The notes under the pieces are model-generated. The model worked only from the letters and a program-made list of their open reading frames with translations, was not told the DNA's origin and made no database searches. A stretch of DNA of 64,000 nt from Monocercomonoides exilis PA203 (lineage: Eukaryota > Protista > Preaxostyla). Position numbers and translations under genes: made by a program. Shown here in pieces: positions 46,373 through 59,773 of the stretch; the stretch's first letter is position 1; the number at the start of each line of letters is the position of its first letter. Location: positions 434,001-498,000 of the forward strand of contig LSRY02000011.1 of assembly GCA_001643675.2 (NCBI GenBank). Direction: 5' to 3'.

Positions 46373-47045
46373 ATGTTTATTCATTTCATTGTTTTTTGAA
46401 AGCCTTCGAAAACAAATATGGCAATGATCATTTAATCAATGTTATTGTTTTTGATTTTTGATGCTTTAATACAAAGCAGTTTGCGAATTTATATAGAATT
46501 TATAATCCTTAAAAAATCTTTGAAAATTGCTATATTTCATTTGCTTTTTGTCTCAAAACTTTCGATTTATTAAATCAGGTTATTCTATTAATTGTACTGC
46601 GTCAACGGATATTGGCAGTTGTACGCAATCACGATTCTGCATATGGTGTAAAAAAGCCATTAGTGTTTGATACAAAATTCTATTTCATTTTTCTCCCCAA
46701 ACAGAATTTTATTTCAACAAACAAATTTTAATTTAAACAAAATTTGACTTTTCAATTTAACAGGTAAATGGGAAATCACCTGAAATTCCAATGTGTCTAT
46801 TCGGTATAAAATTATTTGAAAAAATTACATTGTTTTTTCACAAAGTATTGTTTATTTTAGGAGGACAATACGGAGCTGATCCAGGCAATGAATATACATG
46901 CAAATACAATGAAAGCTTATGGCTATCAAAAACGGTCACACTTCCAATATTTGTTTTGATTACCGTTTTAGTATTCTTTGCTGGATTTGCAATTTGTGAA
47001 GGAATTCTTTTGTTGGTTTGCATGAAGTGTAAAAAGAAGAAGTAA
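46373..47045 (+). CDS. Small Cys-rich single-pass membrane protein (PSI/PTTG1IP-like), several exons; 5' end uncertain
   Basis: Exons give INCTASTDIGSCTQSRFCIWC, PEIPMCLF and GGQYG...C...TVTLPIFVLITVLVFFAGFAICEGILLLVCMKCKKKK. The first exon needs one extra T in a T6 run to be in frame. Confidence 0.5.
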
Positions 47046-47388
47046 ATCATTTCATCTATTCTATCGTACTTATTTTATTTCTTTCACTGCTTTGTCACGA
47101 GAGTTTCGAAAAAGATTTTTTGAACACAAATTTTAATCTCATTTTAGTGTATTATTATTATTTTTTTATTCTGAGGTTGTTTTTATTAGAAGTTATTTAT
47201 GTTTGAAAATCAAAAAAGTACCGTTCTTTCATAAATCAATCATTCCTTTTTTTTTTGTCTTTTATTGTGAAAAAGAAAAAAGAAAAAAATTGATTGTGGA
47301 AATATAAAAAAAAATTAACCACAGTTTTATTTAAAAAATGAATAAAAATAAATTTATAAATAAAACATTTATGGAGAAGTGAAAAAAT

Positions 47389-47545
47389 TTAATGCCAGGC
47401 TTTGGATTTATCAGAGTGAAATGTTTCTTTCTTTGGTCGATCCTTCGGGTCATAATACGCTGAAAAAGAGTAATTGAAAATTAACATCAATTCAGTTTTA
47501 AAAAATTGAAAATAAAATATTAAATCAATAACATTACAAGCCACA

Positions 47546-47584
<39 letters not shown>

Positions 47585-49457
47585 AAACTACTCTCAAAAT
47601 TCCTTCTCTCACGCTACAAACCTGGTCCCGGAGGTCTTATGCCTGCAAGAGTTGGTTGTGTTAAAGCCGAAGATCCCGAAGCATCTGCCGTAGCTCCACC
47701 AGAAACAGCGATATGCGAGCCGCGATGAGTTTCTGAGAGGAACACAGCATTCGGATGAAGCACCCGTGCATTGTGCTGCACAATCAGCTGAGGTGGCAGC
47801 GTGCCAGGCTTGCGGCGCTTGTCTCCCCAATGTCGTGGTTTGGCAGAAGGAGTAGGGGAAGAAGAAGAAGAAGCTGCACCTGGCTTTATTCCCAGGCACT
47901 CTGGATCGACCATCCCGAAGTCGAGCATTGACTCCTTCCACGCGTTGTCTGGGTCGTATGAACCAGGGCCAGGATACTTCGACACTTTCTTCTTCACTCC
48001 AGGCGGCAGAGGCACTTCTCCAAATCGATCCACCAGCGCCGGAGCAAAGGACGCAGTGAATGTGGATATCCCTTCTCCAAGCCCAGATGCTGCCTGGGTG
48101 GACGAGAGAGGCGACGGATACGAAACAGAAGAGGCAGAAAGTGCAGGCGGTTGAAGTGTCCTGCTGAGAGAACTGAGCTTCTCATGCTCAGGTGGAACGG
48201 GATCGTAAGCGCCCGGCCCAGGAACGCCTTTTGCAGACGGGGGTATTGTTTCTCGGAGTGAGGTCGATGAAAAAGAGGAAGAAGGCATCGACAGCGAAGA
48301 AGGAACATGACGTGTGATGTATTTTGCAGTCATCTGTGATGTGGAGCGATCACTGGCTGAACCGGGCAACGAGGCTGCAGCTGTAAGCGGAAGTGTGGCA
48401 TTTGATGGTTTTATGCGCCGGACTGCCGCAGGAGACTCAGCCGTCCTGGCAGCCCATTCTCTACTTTCACTCATTCCTCGCTCGCTAATCGAGGGCATCA
48501 TCGTCACTTCTGCAGCAAAGCTTTGCTTTTCCAGCAAACGTTGAAGTTGCGAGCCAAACCGTTGCGTTCTGGCTGACTTTTCTGTAGGGCTGCCTTTGGC
48601 CCTTCTTCCTCGCTCTTCAACACCTTCAGTTGTGGCACTTCGCCAATTTCGTCTCAATACAGCAGCACTTGAATGTTCTGGAGGAACACTTAATCCTCGT
48701 GTTGCTACAGTTTCCACAACTTCATATTCTCCTGGGCCTGGCAAACTTGTATCCTTCACTCCAAAATCATGCCCCAAACGAGCAGTATGCGAACGAAAAC
48801 TAACAGATGCAGGAATTCCCCTCTTTTCAGAATTAGAAAATGAATTTTTTGTTTCATAAGACCCAGGACCAGGAAGAGATTCAGAAATCTTACGTGAAGC
48901 TATTGGCTTTGCAAACGATGAGGAAATTCCTCTTTAACAAAATAAAATATAACTTCAAAAAACTCAAGTTAATGACACACTTTGTCGTTAAAGAAGAATT
49001 TGACTCATATTGTCCAGGACCAGCACATGTGTTTGGACGAAAACTTCTAAACCTTGGTGCTTTTGAAGCCAAAAATCCATAACCGCGCGTTGAAATTGAG
49101 TCAGAATGCTTTATGAAATCTCGTTCATGATAGTACGCTCCGACATCTGGAACTTCAGATTCCTTTTAGCAAATATTAAATGAAAATTAGAATTATTTGC
49201 AAACAGCTTCTTGTGGAAATCGTGGAGCTTGTTGAGAAAAGCCATATTTTTCATGTGCATCTGGATTAAGTATTGTGATATATTTTGTAGGAATAGTTGG
49301 AACAGAAGAACCCATTGAAGCATGTCCTAAAAGTTTTTAACAATAAAGCATCAAATTGAAAGAACAAATTCCATAATCAAACAATTAAACCTTTAATAAC
49401 TTTTCCAAATCCAGGCTTCCCTGCTGTTCTGAAATTAATGGCGGTTTCAGAAAGCAT
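47389..49457 (-). CDS. Sperm-tail PG-rich repeat (SHIPPO/STPG1-like) flagellar protein, 5 exons
   Basis: Multiple PGPGxY repeats (AGPGQY, PGPGSY, PGPGEY, PGPGAY, PPGPAYY). N-terminal SSVPTIP...EKYGFSQQAPRF and C-terminal KETFH...W follow the STPG1 pattern. GT-AG introns restore the frame. Confidence 0.8.
47546..47585. repeat. (TAAA)n microsatellite inside the last intron of the STPG-like gene
   Basis: Directly visible tandem repeat. Confidence 0.85.
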
Positions 49458-50571
49458 AAATTAAAACTGTTGCCCAATTCAAATAAAGTGGGCGTGATCC
49501 TTATAAATACAAATCTTTTTTTAATCAGCAATTTGTAACAAAAAATTTGTACTTGCATTTTTCTTCTTGTATTAAATTGATGATTAACAGTTACTAATAT
49601 CAACAAAAAATATTAATAAACGAATACAAAATATTTTCATTAAAAAAAAAAACGAAAAACAGGAATCTGAAATAAAGTGTTGAAAAAATGATAAAACAAT
49701 TACATCTAATATTACAACTACTTTGTATATTTTTTTAATATTATCTCTAATCGCAAATAATGCATACATCATATTTGCCAAATCAATGATGGATTCAAAT
49801 CTCATGTTGCTGAATATTCTGTTTCTTTATCTTTGATATTAAATCCAAAAAGATATATTTATAATATTCACATCATTACGAGTGAATTGAAGAATACGCC
49901 TCTTTGTTCAGCTGCTTTCCTGATACAAGTCTGGATTGTCAAGTATTATTTTCTATAAAAAGCTCTATTTCTTATTCAAGAAGAATCAGATAAATAAAAG
50001 CTCCCCACCATCCTCTTGGGAATGAAGATCAATGTTATGTCTTCACTCAAATACTTTCAACTAGATTTATATTTGACTATTACTGAATTAAAAGTCAAAC
50101 AAAAATATTCTAAAATACAAATAACAGATTGTATTTGGACTATTTAACAGTTGCTTTGTAAATACATAACAAGTCCATAAAGCCCTTCAAGGCAACAACC
50201 AAGTTTCATAAATCGTGGAGTTATACATCATTCAAGATCTATGCTTATAATTGACTGATTTGCAGATAGAAATTTCTTCATAATTTCAGTTGTTCACAAA
50301 TTCAAAAATACAGTATATTAAAAGAAATGGTTGGTAACGGTTGTTAATAATTCTCAGAAAAACATTCAAGGGGTTTAATACTTTATTCAAAAAAAAAAAT
50401 AGATAATTGATTGCAATTAGTTAATTGATCATTAATTTCCTTATTTTTATGATAATTAATAATTCAATATAGTCGTTTTATATAAAATTGATATATACTT
50501 CTTTTGATTGTTTGATCAAAGAAATGTTCCATATTATATTTTCATCAAATTTACTTTATCCATTCTTTGCG

Positions 50572-51001
50572 ATGAAAACTTTAATTCAATGGATTTTAAT
50601 TATGGCCACATTTGTCGGTGCAAGCATTTTTGGAAGTTCTCTCGTTAAAGATAAATCTTCACTTTTTTCACATCCAATTGTCGTTTGATCATTTTTAACT
50701 TGTTTTGACGTCCACAAGCATATATATCGTAAACATTTTTGATGATATGAAAATGATTTTGCATTGGTTTTTTGTCGTTCAGTTTTTTATTACGTTAATT
50801 TTTGCCTTTGGGATTTATCTCATTCTCGTTGCAGTCTACCGAGCATTTCGATGCAAAGATGTTCCTGAAGCAGGACCAGAAATTGAAGAGGTATGCATGC
50901 ATTTTGTAGTTGTGCATTTACATTTTAAATTAACAAATTTTTTAATGAAGGATGTGAAAAGAGCAAAGGCATTTTATAAACAAAAAGGCATAACATTTTA
51001 A
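50572..51001 (+). CDS. DPM3: Dolichol-phosphate mannosyltransferase subunit 3, 89 aa; exons 50572-50682, 50783-50890, 50951-51001
   Basis: MKTLIQWILI...LIFAFGIYLILVAVYRAFRCKDVPEAGPEIEE|DVKRAKAFYKQKGITF has two TMs and the D-x-PEA..E...A+A....KG..F coiled-coil end of DPM3. Confidence 0.85.
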
Positions 51002-51167
51002 AAAAATTTCAAATAATGAACAAACAAGAAATCAATAAATGATGTGATGAATTTATAAGAAGGATCATTAAAAAAATCTTACATACAAAATTTTCAAAAG
51101 TATCTTTTATTTTATGAAAATTCAATACTTATTGTTGTGCTGACCTCTTAATTTTTGTCTTTTGCGT

Positions 51168-51239
51168 GCCTCGGTAGCATAGTGGCAGTGCGTATGCCTT
51201 GTAAGCATAAGGTCGAGGGTTCAATTCCCTCTCGGGGCT
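51168..51239 (+). tRNA. tRNA-Thr (anticodon UGU)
   Basis: Acceptor stem GCCTCGG/TCGGGGC, D arm with TAGCATAGTGG, anticodon arm TATGC-CTTGTAA-GCATA, T arm GAGGG-TTCAATT-CCCTC, and a T5 Pol III terminator at 51244-51248. Confidence 0.96.
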
Positions 51240-51272
51240 TATCTTTTTCACTCTTAAGTATTTCCCACAGAT

Positions 51273-51399
51273 GAGTGATATTTTTGAAATATTTATTTAA
51301 GTGAAAAATTTTCTGGAGTGAATCGAAAATATTAAATTTTAATAGTTGATAATTTAAATCGTGAACGAGAAAAATTGTGATTTCGTAAATTATTTACCC
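51273..51399. mobile_element. Internally deleted, degenerate family A MITE (127 bp)
   Basis: AGAT|GAGTGATATTTTTGAAATA ... GTGATTTCGTAAATTATTTACCC|AAAT. Confidence 0.5.
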
Positions 51400-52094
51400 A
51401 AATTTAATTTTGATTATTATCTGAATCAAAATTTTTTTCTTATTAATTTTTGTTTCATTCAATATTTTCAAATATTTTTTTCAAATTTTAAATATTTTGC
51501 TATATATTTTTTGAAATGTGAATGTTAGAATTATTATAACATCATTGCTAAAAGTTTAGAGCAAGTCGTTTCTTTTTTCAAAAAAACAAGAATATTATTC
51601 CATTTGTGAGTATAGTATTTTAATTTTTAAATTTTTTTGTTATAGCAACATGCTTTAATATTGTTTGATAGTTTGGTTTTTTGCTATTTCAATTTGTTGG
51701 AAAAGTCAAACTTGTTCTAAAAATTGTCAAAATCATTTACAAAATGATATTTCCAACATAAAATGGAAAGATTTTATGGCATTGAAGAGTGAGTTGCATT
51801 TCATCTTTGACTTGTTTAGCGTTTATATTAAAATTGAAAATTATCATCTTCTGATTTCGTAGCATGATTTCAAAAAAGACAAAATTTTATATTCGGAATT
51901 TGAAAATATAGCTCTTCTACTGCTTCTGCAATATATTCAAATTTTGAGAAAAAAAATCATGATTTGTGCGATATTTTGGTTGGAAATAGTGTAATGCAGA
52001 TGAAATGCCTGAAAGAAAAGTGAAATGGATTCGATGAAATGGTTTTGAACCTTTGAGCAATGGTTGATGACAATGAAAAATCCAAAATCAACTT

Positions 52095-55000
52095 TCAATT
52101 TCCTCCTCCAGACCACTTGATCTTTTGCTCATTGAATATTTGATGAAGTGCCTATTAGAAAAAATTATCATGTTATTGCGAAACATATCAATTATTTTTT
52201 AAAAAATATCGATAAATAATCCCTATAAAATCAAACTTCCATGACTTTAACTTCCATAGCTCTAGATTTTTGCTTTTCATTTGCAATCATTGCTTGCAAT
52301 TCTGTCTGAGATTCATTTAATTGTTTCTAAATTAAAGTTCAAATTATTAACCAAACTCTTTCTGTAAAGAGAGCAGCACGCCATTATTTCTAGCTTTTCA
52401 TTATCCCATCTATTTTGATTCATTCTTTGCTGAGAAAGAAGCTCTTCTTTTTCGGAATTTGCTCTATTTCTTTCCATTTCTTTTTCCCGCTCCAGCTTCA
52501 TCAACTAATCCAATAAAAAAATAATTGATGATATTTATAATGAAAAAAATAAAAAATAAAATAAAATAAATTTTTTGAATAAGTGGATATAATAAACACT
52601 GTAATTAAAATTTCGCTTGAATTTCATACCTCTTCCTTATTTCTAAGTTCAATCTCTCCTTTTTCCGTTTGAAGGCGATGTATTTGCATCTTAAAATTAT
52701 AAATTTGATTAAAAGAAAAAATTAAATTATGTTTAGTATAAAAAAAAAACGAAAAAAGAAAGAAAGAAAGAAAGAAAGAAAACATTAAAAATGAAGTTTG
52801 ATATTAGATTCAAATATAGTTCAATCAAATTGAATTATACAAAGAGATAATGAGCCCAGACAAAGAACTGTTCAGATACCTTTAAGGCTTCCTTTTGTGC
52901 TTCTCCAAGTTTCATTTCATCTGATAATTTTGCAATTTGTTGAGATAATTCAGTGTTTTGTTGCTGAAGGGAAAGCACTTCTTGATTTAAACGCTGCGGT
53001 GATAGAAGCATTCAACAAAAAGGTAAAAAAAAAAGAGAGATTAAAGAATTATTCAAAAAGGGTTTAATTACGCCCAAGCGAAACAAAAACACAAAAAAAT
53101 TATTTGCAAGAAAAATAACATAAACAAATATGAAACAAATCAATGAATTTGTGAGTCAAACAGTTCTATCGTCAGATATCTTCTGAAGCCGTTCTTCGAT
53201 GATCCTCTGACGTTCAGCCTATAATATATTAGAAAAATTTAAGGAAATGAATTAATGAAGAAAGAAAAAAGGAAAATACAATTATTCTCAAACTTGCTCT
53301 TCTTCGTTTTCAAGCATCTGCTGTTCAATTCCCTTTCTTTTCATGATTTCTTCGCGAAGTTCTTGCTCCTTTGCTTTAATTTCTCGTTCAAGCTTTTTAT
53401 CGAGAAGGAAATATAATTAATAAAAAAGTTAATCAATCGATTACGCAAAACGAAAGAAAGAAAGAAAGAAAGAAAAAGAAAAGAAAAGAAAGGAAAGGAA
53501 AAGAAAAGAAAAGAAAAAATGAAAGGTGAAAGAAAAAGAAAAAACTGCTTTGCAAATGCCAATTGCACATTAAAATAACAATCAACTAAGAACTTTACTA
53601 AAATCACATTAAATGAAAAGCCTTTAAAAATATATTTCAATTCCATTCTTCATTCAATATATTGTTTGCAAGTACAAACGATATCAAACATACATGTGAC
53701 GAATCTGCTTTAGCTCTTTTTTCTTTCTCTCTCCATTCCAATCTTTCATCTTCTCTGTCTGCTTTTTCTTGCTGGAGCTCGTGCTCTGCAATCTCCAATT
53801 GCCTACGTAGTTCCTTCAATTATGATTAAATATGTAATAAATTAAAATGAGCATGAAAAAATAAACGAAAAAATTGAAATGATATTATGCAAAACTGATT
53901 GGCTCTGATAAAATGCTTCTTCTGCTTCTTTTAGTTCTTCTTCTTTCCTTTTCAGGTTGGCTTTTTCTCTTTCTCTGTCAAGCTGTTCTTTCTCTCTTTC
54001 TCTTTCTTCTTTCTCTTTAGCTTCTCTTTCTCTTTCCTTAGCGGCTCTTTCTCTTGCCAATTCTTCTCCTTGTGCTTCAATTTCCTCCTCCTTTTTTGCA
54101 AGTGCATTGCTAAGGTCTGAAATATGCTCGTCTTGCTCATTTATTTTCTGCATTCAAACAAAAAACAATTGTATATTCAGCATAAACATAAATCGAAATT
54201 TAAATTATACGTGAATATCATAAAGGGAAAATATTAGCATTTACAATCAACAAAAATGCATTTCCACATACGTTTAGCAGATGTTCATTTTCTTCACACA
54301 TCTCATCAATTTTCCTTTTTAGCTGTTTTGCATTTTCTTCTGCCAAATTCAATGCGTCTTCATATTCCTTCTGCAATTGAAGCTGATATTTTTGACATTC
54401 AGCCTCATATTGAAGAAGCCTTTCATTACACTTATTTTTTTTCTTCTTAAAAATGAATAAAAAAAGATTTTGCAAACTTCTTCTTCAGTTTTTCTGATTT
54501 CTTCTCGAATTTGCAGAATTTTTCTTTCAAACAATCTATTTCGCTCACACAATAAAGCTATTATAATCTGAATAAAATTTCAAAACTAAATATAACCCAA
54601 ACAGATTTCTCTTTCATTTGCTATTCCAAATTGATTGCCTGTGATTCTAAATTCTGTAATACTAAAATTTTCTCGAAAAGCTTCCTTGAGAAAATGTCCC
54701 TCTTTTTCGCTTGCTGGGTTTAAAGAGATATCTGATATAATCATCAATTATTCATTGTTAGCAAAAAAACAACAATACAACAAACTTATAGATGTGAGAG
54801 TTTGATTTGTCTTGAGACAATTGCACAAAGATTCGTAAGCTGTTGCCTTCAATTTGACTTCGCGCATGTCCAATGATATTAATGACTTATTTGAACTTAA
54901 ACAATCAAATATTGTGCCAAGCTCAATTGGATTTCCACTTAAATCTAATCTGAAATCAATGTGTACAAAAAATAAAAACAAAAACTATTTTGAGCAAACA

Positions 55001-55486
55001 TTTCTACACAATTAATCTTGTTTAAAAGTCGTCCAATTGCCGAGCATCCCAATGAAGTAATGTTATTTGTTGCGAGTAAAATCTCTCTCAAATTAGTTTG
55101 ATTCATCAACGAATCGCATACTAATTGCAGCTCTATTAAATTTAAATATTTACAGAATTCAGTATAAAGCCTTGCACATGTTGCACACGATTATCGTTGG
55201 CGAAGCAACTGTTCATGTTTAACACTTCAATTGGAACAATCTTTAAAAACTTACAAATAACTTCAAAAAATGATTTTGTTGCCTGAAATTAATGACCAAT
55301 TTAAAATTTGAAAATTAATCAGAAAATTTATAAAGTCACAACATCTTTGTTAAGAGAAATTCCTTCAAGGGTTAATGTTCTTTCTTTCCCGCTTCCAATA
55401 CATTTATTAATAATATTTAATTGTTGTTGACTTGGTGAAAACGCGCTCTCAGCGCAAATGTTCTGAAAAATTGAAAAAATATCCAT
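52095..55486 (-). CDS. Leucine-rich-repeat plus long coiled-coil protein (LRRC45-like), many short exons
   Basis: MDIFSIFQNICAESAFSP... start; RI-like LRRs (LDLSGNPI, NKSLISLDMR, NQTLTSIS); then a series of E/K/Q-rich coiled-coil exons ending ALHQIFNEQKIKWSGGGN*. Confidence 0.7.
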
Positions 55487-56327
55487 AAAAAACAATATGG
55501 GAACATTTCTGAATAAATCAGCAAAAGATCAATAAACCTCACTAATGTTTGGATAACATGCTTAAACATATTATGAAAAATTGCTTTTGATTTATTTATA
55601 ATTAGTATTTCTTGAACAAAATTCCACAATCATATCAAATTTAAAATAATCAAACACAGCACAGACACTATATTCAAAGCTTATTGTTAATGCCATGAGA
55701 ATGCAAAGCAAATGTGATTATAAGATCTCAGAATTATTCAAAAATCTGAATTTTTTTTTGTCTAGAAATGGAATGATTGTTTGATAAGCTGATATGCACA
55801 TAACGAGGATGATAATCACTGTTATTGTGAATATTAGACTAATTTTTGCATTCTTTAAATCACTTCAAAATCCTTGAAATTTCCATTTTAACCAGATTAT
55901 TCTAAAAAATGGTAATTAAAAGAGTTTGATTTCGATTTGTTTCAAAAATCTTCAATGAATATGAATTTGAACAAAAAATACATGGAAAAAATCAACTACA
56001 TCTATTTCTTTAAAATTTTCATTCAAAAGAAAAATTTAATTTTGCAAAACTTTATGAAAAGCAACATTTATTGCGTTTTCGACTATTTTTTTCAAATAAA
56101 AATCATATTTTCCAACTTTCTTAAAAATCTTCTATTTTTCAAAAGAAAAAAAAAATAATGATGATAATAATAAAACAAACAGTTCATTTTTAAAGTTTTC
56201 TAAAATAAAAATCAATGATGAAAATAACTTCATAAAAAATAAAAATAATGTTACAATTATAAAGCACAAATAAAAAAGAATGTTGATTCGTTAAGGGAAA
56301 ACGATGCTTCCCATTTTTCAAATGCTA

Positions 56328-56789
56328 TTAGTCATCAATCATTATCGTAGTTGCATTATAAACCGCCATGCGTGATGCATAATTTTTAGAAAATTGTAGT
56401 ACAATATCCATTTTTATATTTTGGCCATCCATAAATTTATTCTTTTTCACGTCATATTTCTTTGTATATTCCCTGCCTTCCCGAAAAGTATCGTCAAAAG
56501 ATACAGTGAAACCACCTTTTGGCGCCTGAGATTCATGCTCATAAGAACTTCCGCAAATACTCATTCCATTCACTGTTTCTTTCATAGAAAATACAAATAC
56601 CATCTTAATAGTCTGTTCACTGGTTTGCTTCTCATGACCCCAATAAATGCTTTCAAAAGGTTCAAATTTAGAATTTTTATCGAATGTTAATTCTGGAAAT
56701 GCAAAGTTTGAGTATTTCTTCTTAATTTCATCTATTGATGAGAAAGAAAACACTGTATCTATGAAAAGAAGTTGTATTAAAAATAACAT
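56328..56789 (-). CDS. Hypothetical secreted protein (153 aa)
   Basis: Intact ORF with a short hydrophobic leader MLFLIQLLFIDTVFS. Confidence 0.55.
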   Translation of the reverse strand: MLFLIQLLFIDTVFSFSSIDEIKKKYSNFAFPELTFDKNSKFEPFESIYWGHEKQTSEQTIKMVFVFSMKETVNGMSICGSSYEHESQAPKGGFTVSFDDTFREGREYTKKYDVKKNKFMDGQNIKMDIVLQFSKNYASRMAVYNATTIMIDD

Positions 56790-57593
56790 TCAAAAGGAAT
56801 AAGAGTTGATTTTTAATTGATCAAAGATTCCAATTTTATATTAAGTACTCCCGTAATCAAATTTGAACCTTGATAGATTAAAAATTATTCAATAAATCAT
56901 ATGACATTCTAAAGACTGTCCAGAATTAACAAATATAGTTTTTTTAGTCGTCCATTTTCCCCTGTTTTTTTCCTATTCAAATTTCTCAAATAATTCACAA
57001 TATTATTTGAGATAAACATATTTAACACGAAAAAATTATTAAATTATCCATATTACTTGAAACAATGCTTGTCATAGGAATTTGGTCCTGAAAGTGTAAA
57101 AAAATCAGATGGTTTTTATGAGTCTTTTTCCTTTTTCCTTTCTTTTCCTTCCTTTTCCTTCCTTCTTTCTTTTTGTAAATAGAATATAATCTAATTTAAA
57201 TTATTTTTCGAAAAACTTTTTTCAAGCACACACAAAATTACCAAATTACAACAAGAAAGACATCAGTAAAAAACAAAATGATAATAACGCAATAACTACA
57301 ACGCTTTTGATGACAAATAAAACCCCAATACAGAATAAAAATTTCAACAAAAATATAAAAAAAAAAAAAAAAAATGGAGCAATTAATTTTTCTGAAAATA
57401 GTTATCAAATAACATATTTGAAACTAATTAATAACGACTCAGAAAATAAAAACCAAATAATAATAATAATTATTATAATAAATTGAAATAACCGTACAGT
57501 TAAAACTTACACATTTTCCGGACAAAAGCGTTTAAGTGCATCAACTCTTTCTAATATGCAAATTCTCTATTAATTAAACAAAATTTTCTCAGT

Positions 57594-58830
57594 TTAATTT
57601 GGAAGTAATTCTTTAATCTGCTCTAATTCTTGTACAGAATCTTTCAACATTTCGCTGATTTCTGTCTTGCTCTCGACAATAACATCCTCCATCGCTTTAA
57701 CCATGCCCATAACCATCGTATAAAAGCCCATCATCGTTTCATCTTCTTTTTCTTCTGCAGGCTTTTTATCTAAAAGTTGAGCAATCGCATCTGAAGACTT
57801 TGCCAGCAAAGCAGATGCTGAATCCATCAAAGATAAAGCAGATTGGAAAAACTGCTTCCGAAACTCCAGAAATGTCAATCCAAACTCAATTTCCTCTGTC
57901 AAAGGCTCTCTCTGCGAAAACGATTCTGTTAATCCAAGCGAAAGTTGTAAACATTACCAAACCCAAATTATATTTCAAAACAAAAGATTTTAAAGAAGAT
58001 GATATCCATTTAACTAAAATTGGGGGAAAAAATCACACCTTTCATTGAACTCCATTTCACTTCTTCTTGCTTTAGAAATAGCGCGAGAATGCCACTTTTA
58101 ATTTCCAACTCTAAATAGTTATTGCTTGAAAGCATTTGGACGAAGCTTGCAAGCTCCGCGGCTTGCCCTCCTATTGTGCCTCTAAGCATTGTGTCCGCAT
58201 TCGTCATAATCTGTTTAACTTTTGCTATAAGTTCTTCAACTATTTTTAAAAACTTTTCCATTTTTTCTGAATCGGATTTGTTAGATTCATATAACTTTAT
58301 GATATCTAATTCAACATTAAAATACAAAAATGAAAGAAAGGTTAAAAAATCATCATATCATAAATTTCGAAGATATTTGCAAATTAACGAAAGAAGCAAA
58401 CCAAGCGATCTGTTCAATGCACTTAACGTTTCCATTTGAAAAGTCGTGGCTCCTGAGCTGCATTCTTCAATTGTCTTGCCTTTTTCGCAGCGAACTAAAT
58501 TTCACAAATTATTAAATCAATTTATAATCAACTAGCATTCATATATTATGAGCTGCATTCCTTCTGAACCCGTAAGGCAATTGAACAACTGGACTGTATA
58601 AAACGATCTATTTGGTCCTCCAAGTTCCTTTTCATCCACGAGATGAAATACATCTTTCATACACTTCTCACCCCCAGAGTCCATTAATGGAATCATTATT
58701 GATTGCTGAAGAACTAAGAATATAATTTATGAAATATTAACTGATAATTCTTGTGCAAAAAAGTACAAACACGATTGCCCTTCAACAGTATCATCATCAG
58801 CAATCGAGAGAAATTCATTGCAGCAGCAAA
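57594..58830 (-). CDS. Hypothetical multi-exon helical protein, boundaries uncertain
   Basis: Coding-like segments (57594-57955, 58040-58310, 58395-58495, 58540-58700) separated by AT-rich intron-like gaps. Confidence 0.5.
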
Positions 58831-59773
58831 ATTTTAACAAAAGAGAATAATATATAAAAGAAATCATCTCTTTCACAAAAAAATGAAACAATTTCACTTT
58901 TATGGTTTTGCATGGAATAAAACCCATTTGTTTCAAAGTTTCATTTTCATTTAACAATTATATATTTTTTTAAAACAATTCGAGAAAGAAAAAAAAAGAT
59001 AATAAATACAACAACAAAAGGTGAATGAACAATTCTCGTTTTTTAAAAAAATATTCCCAGAAAAATATTAAGAATTCGTGGAAAAGATTCTCTAAAAACA
59101 TCATTGAAACGTTAACGCAATGCTTTTGCGTTTGTCATACATAATCAATTGTTTTTGATGATGATTTATTATATTTTTGAGAAGAGCGGAAGTGTGTGTG
59201 TAGAAATGAAAAAAAGAACAACTTGTTCAATGAGTATCAAAAATATCAAATAAAAAAAAGACGGAATAAAAAGGAAAGAATGATAATAAAAAACAAAAGA
59301 AAGCAAATTACAAAGATATGTCTTTCACAGCTGAGATTATGGTAATCTTCTGAAGAAACTGAAAAGAATCAACTAAAGTGAATAGTAATTCCGCTTTACA
59401 CATTCAACTTTCAAGCATAACACAACAATAAAGACTCACACATTTTTTCCAGTGTTCCATCTTAAAAATAAAACAGCATTTGTTTATAAAAAATACTTTA
59501 ATTTAAACAACTTCCAAGAAAGTTAGAATATTCTTAATTCAATAATATATGAATGATAAAAAAGGAAAGCCTTATTTTTCCAGCGATGTGATTAAAATTC
59601 AATATAAAAGGTGTTGATTAAAATTCGAAAACGAATATGCTTGAAACCATCCAAAAAGATTTTTGGGCACTTTGACGTAAAGATAATAATTATACAAAAA
59701 TGACACTTTCTCAAAAAAAATACTCCATGGATAGCAAAAGTCTAACTTTTTGCCTTCAGGAAAAGTTTGATGA

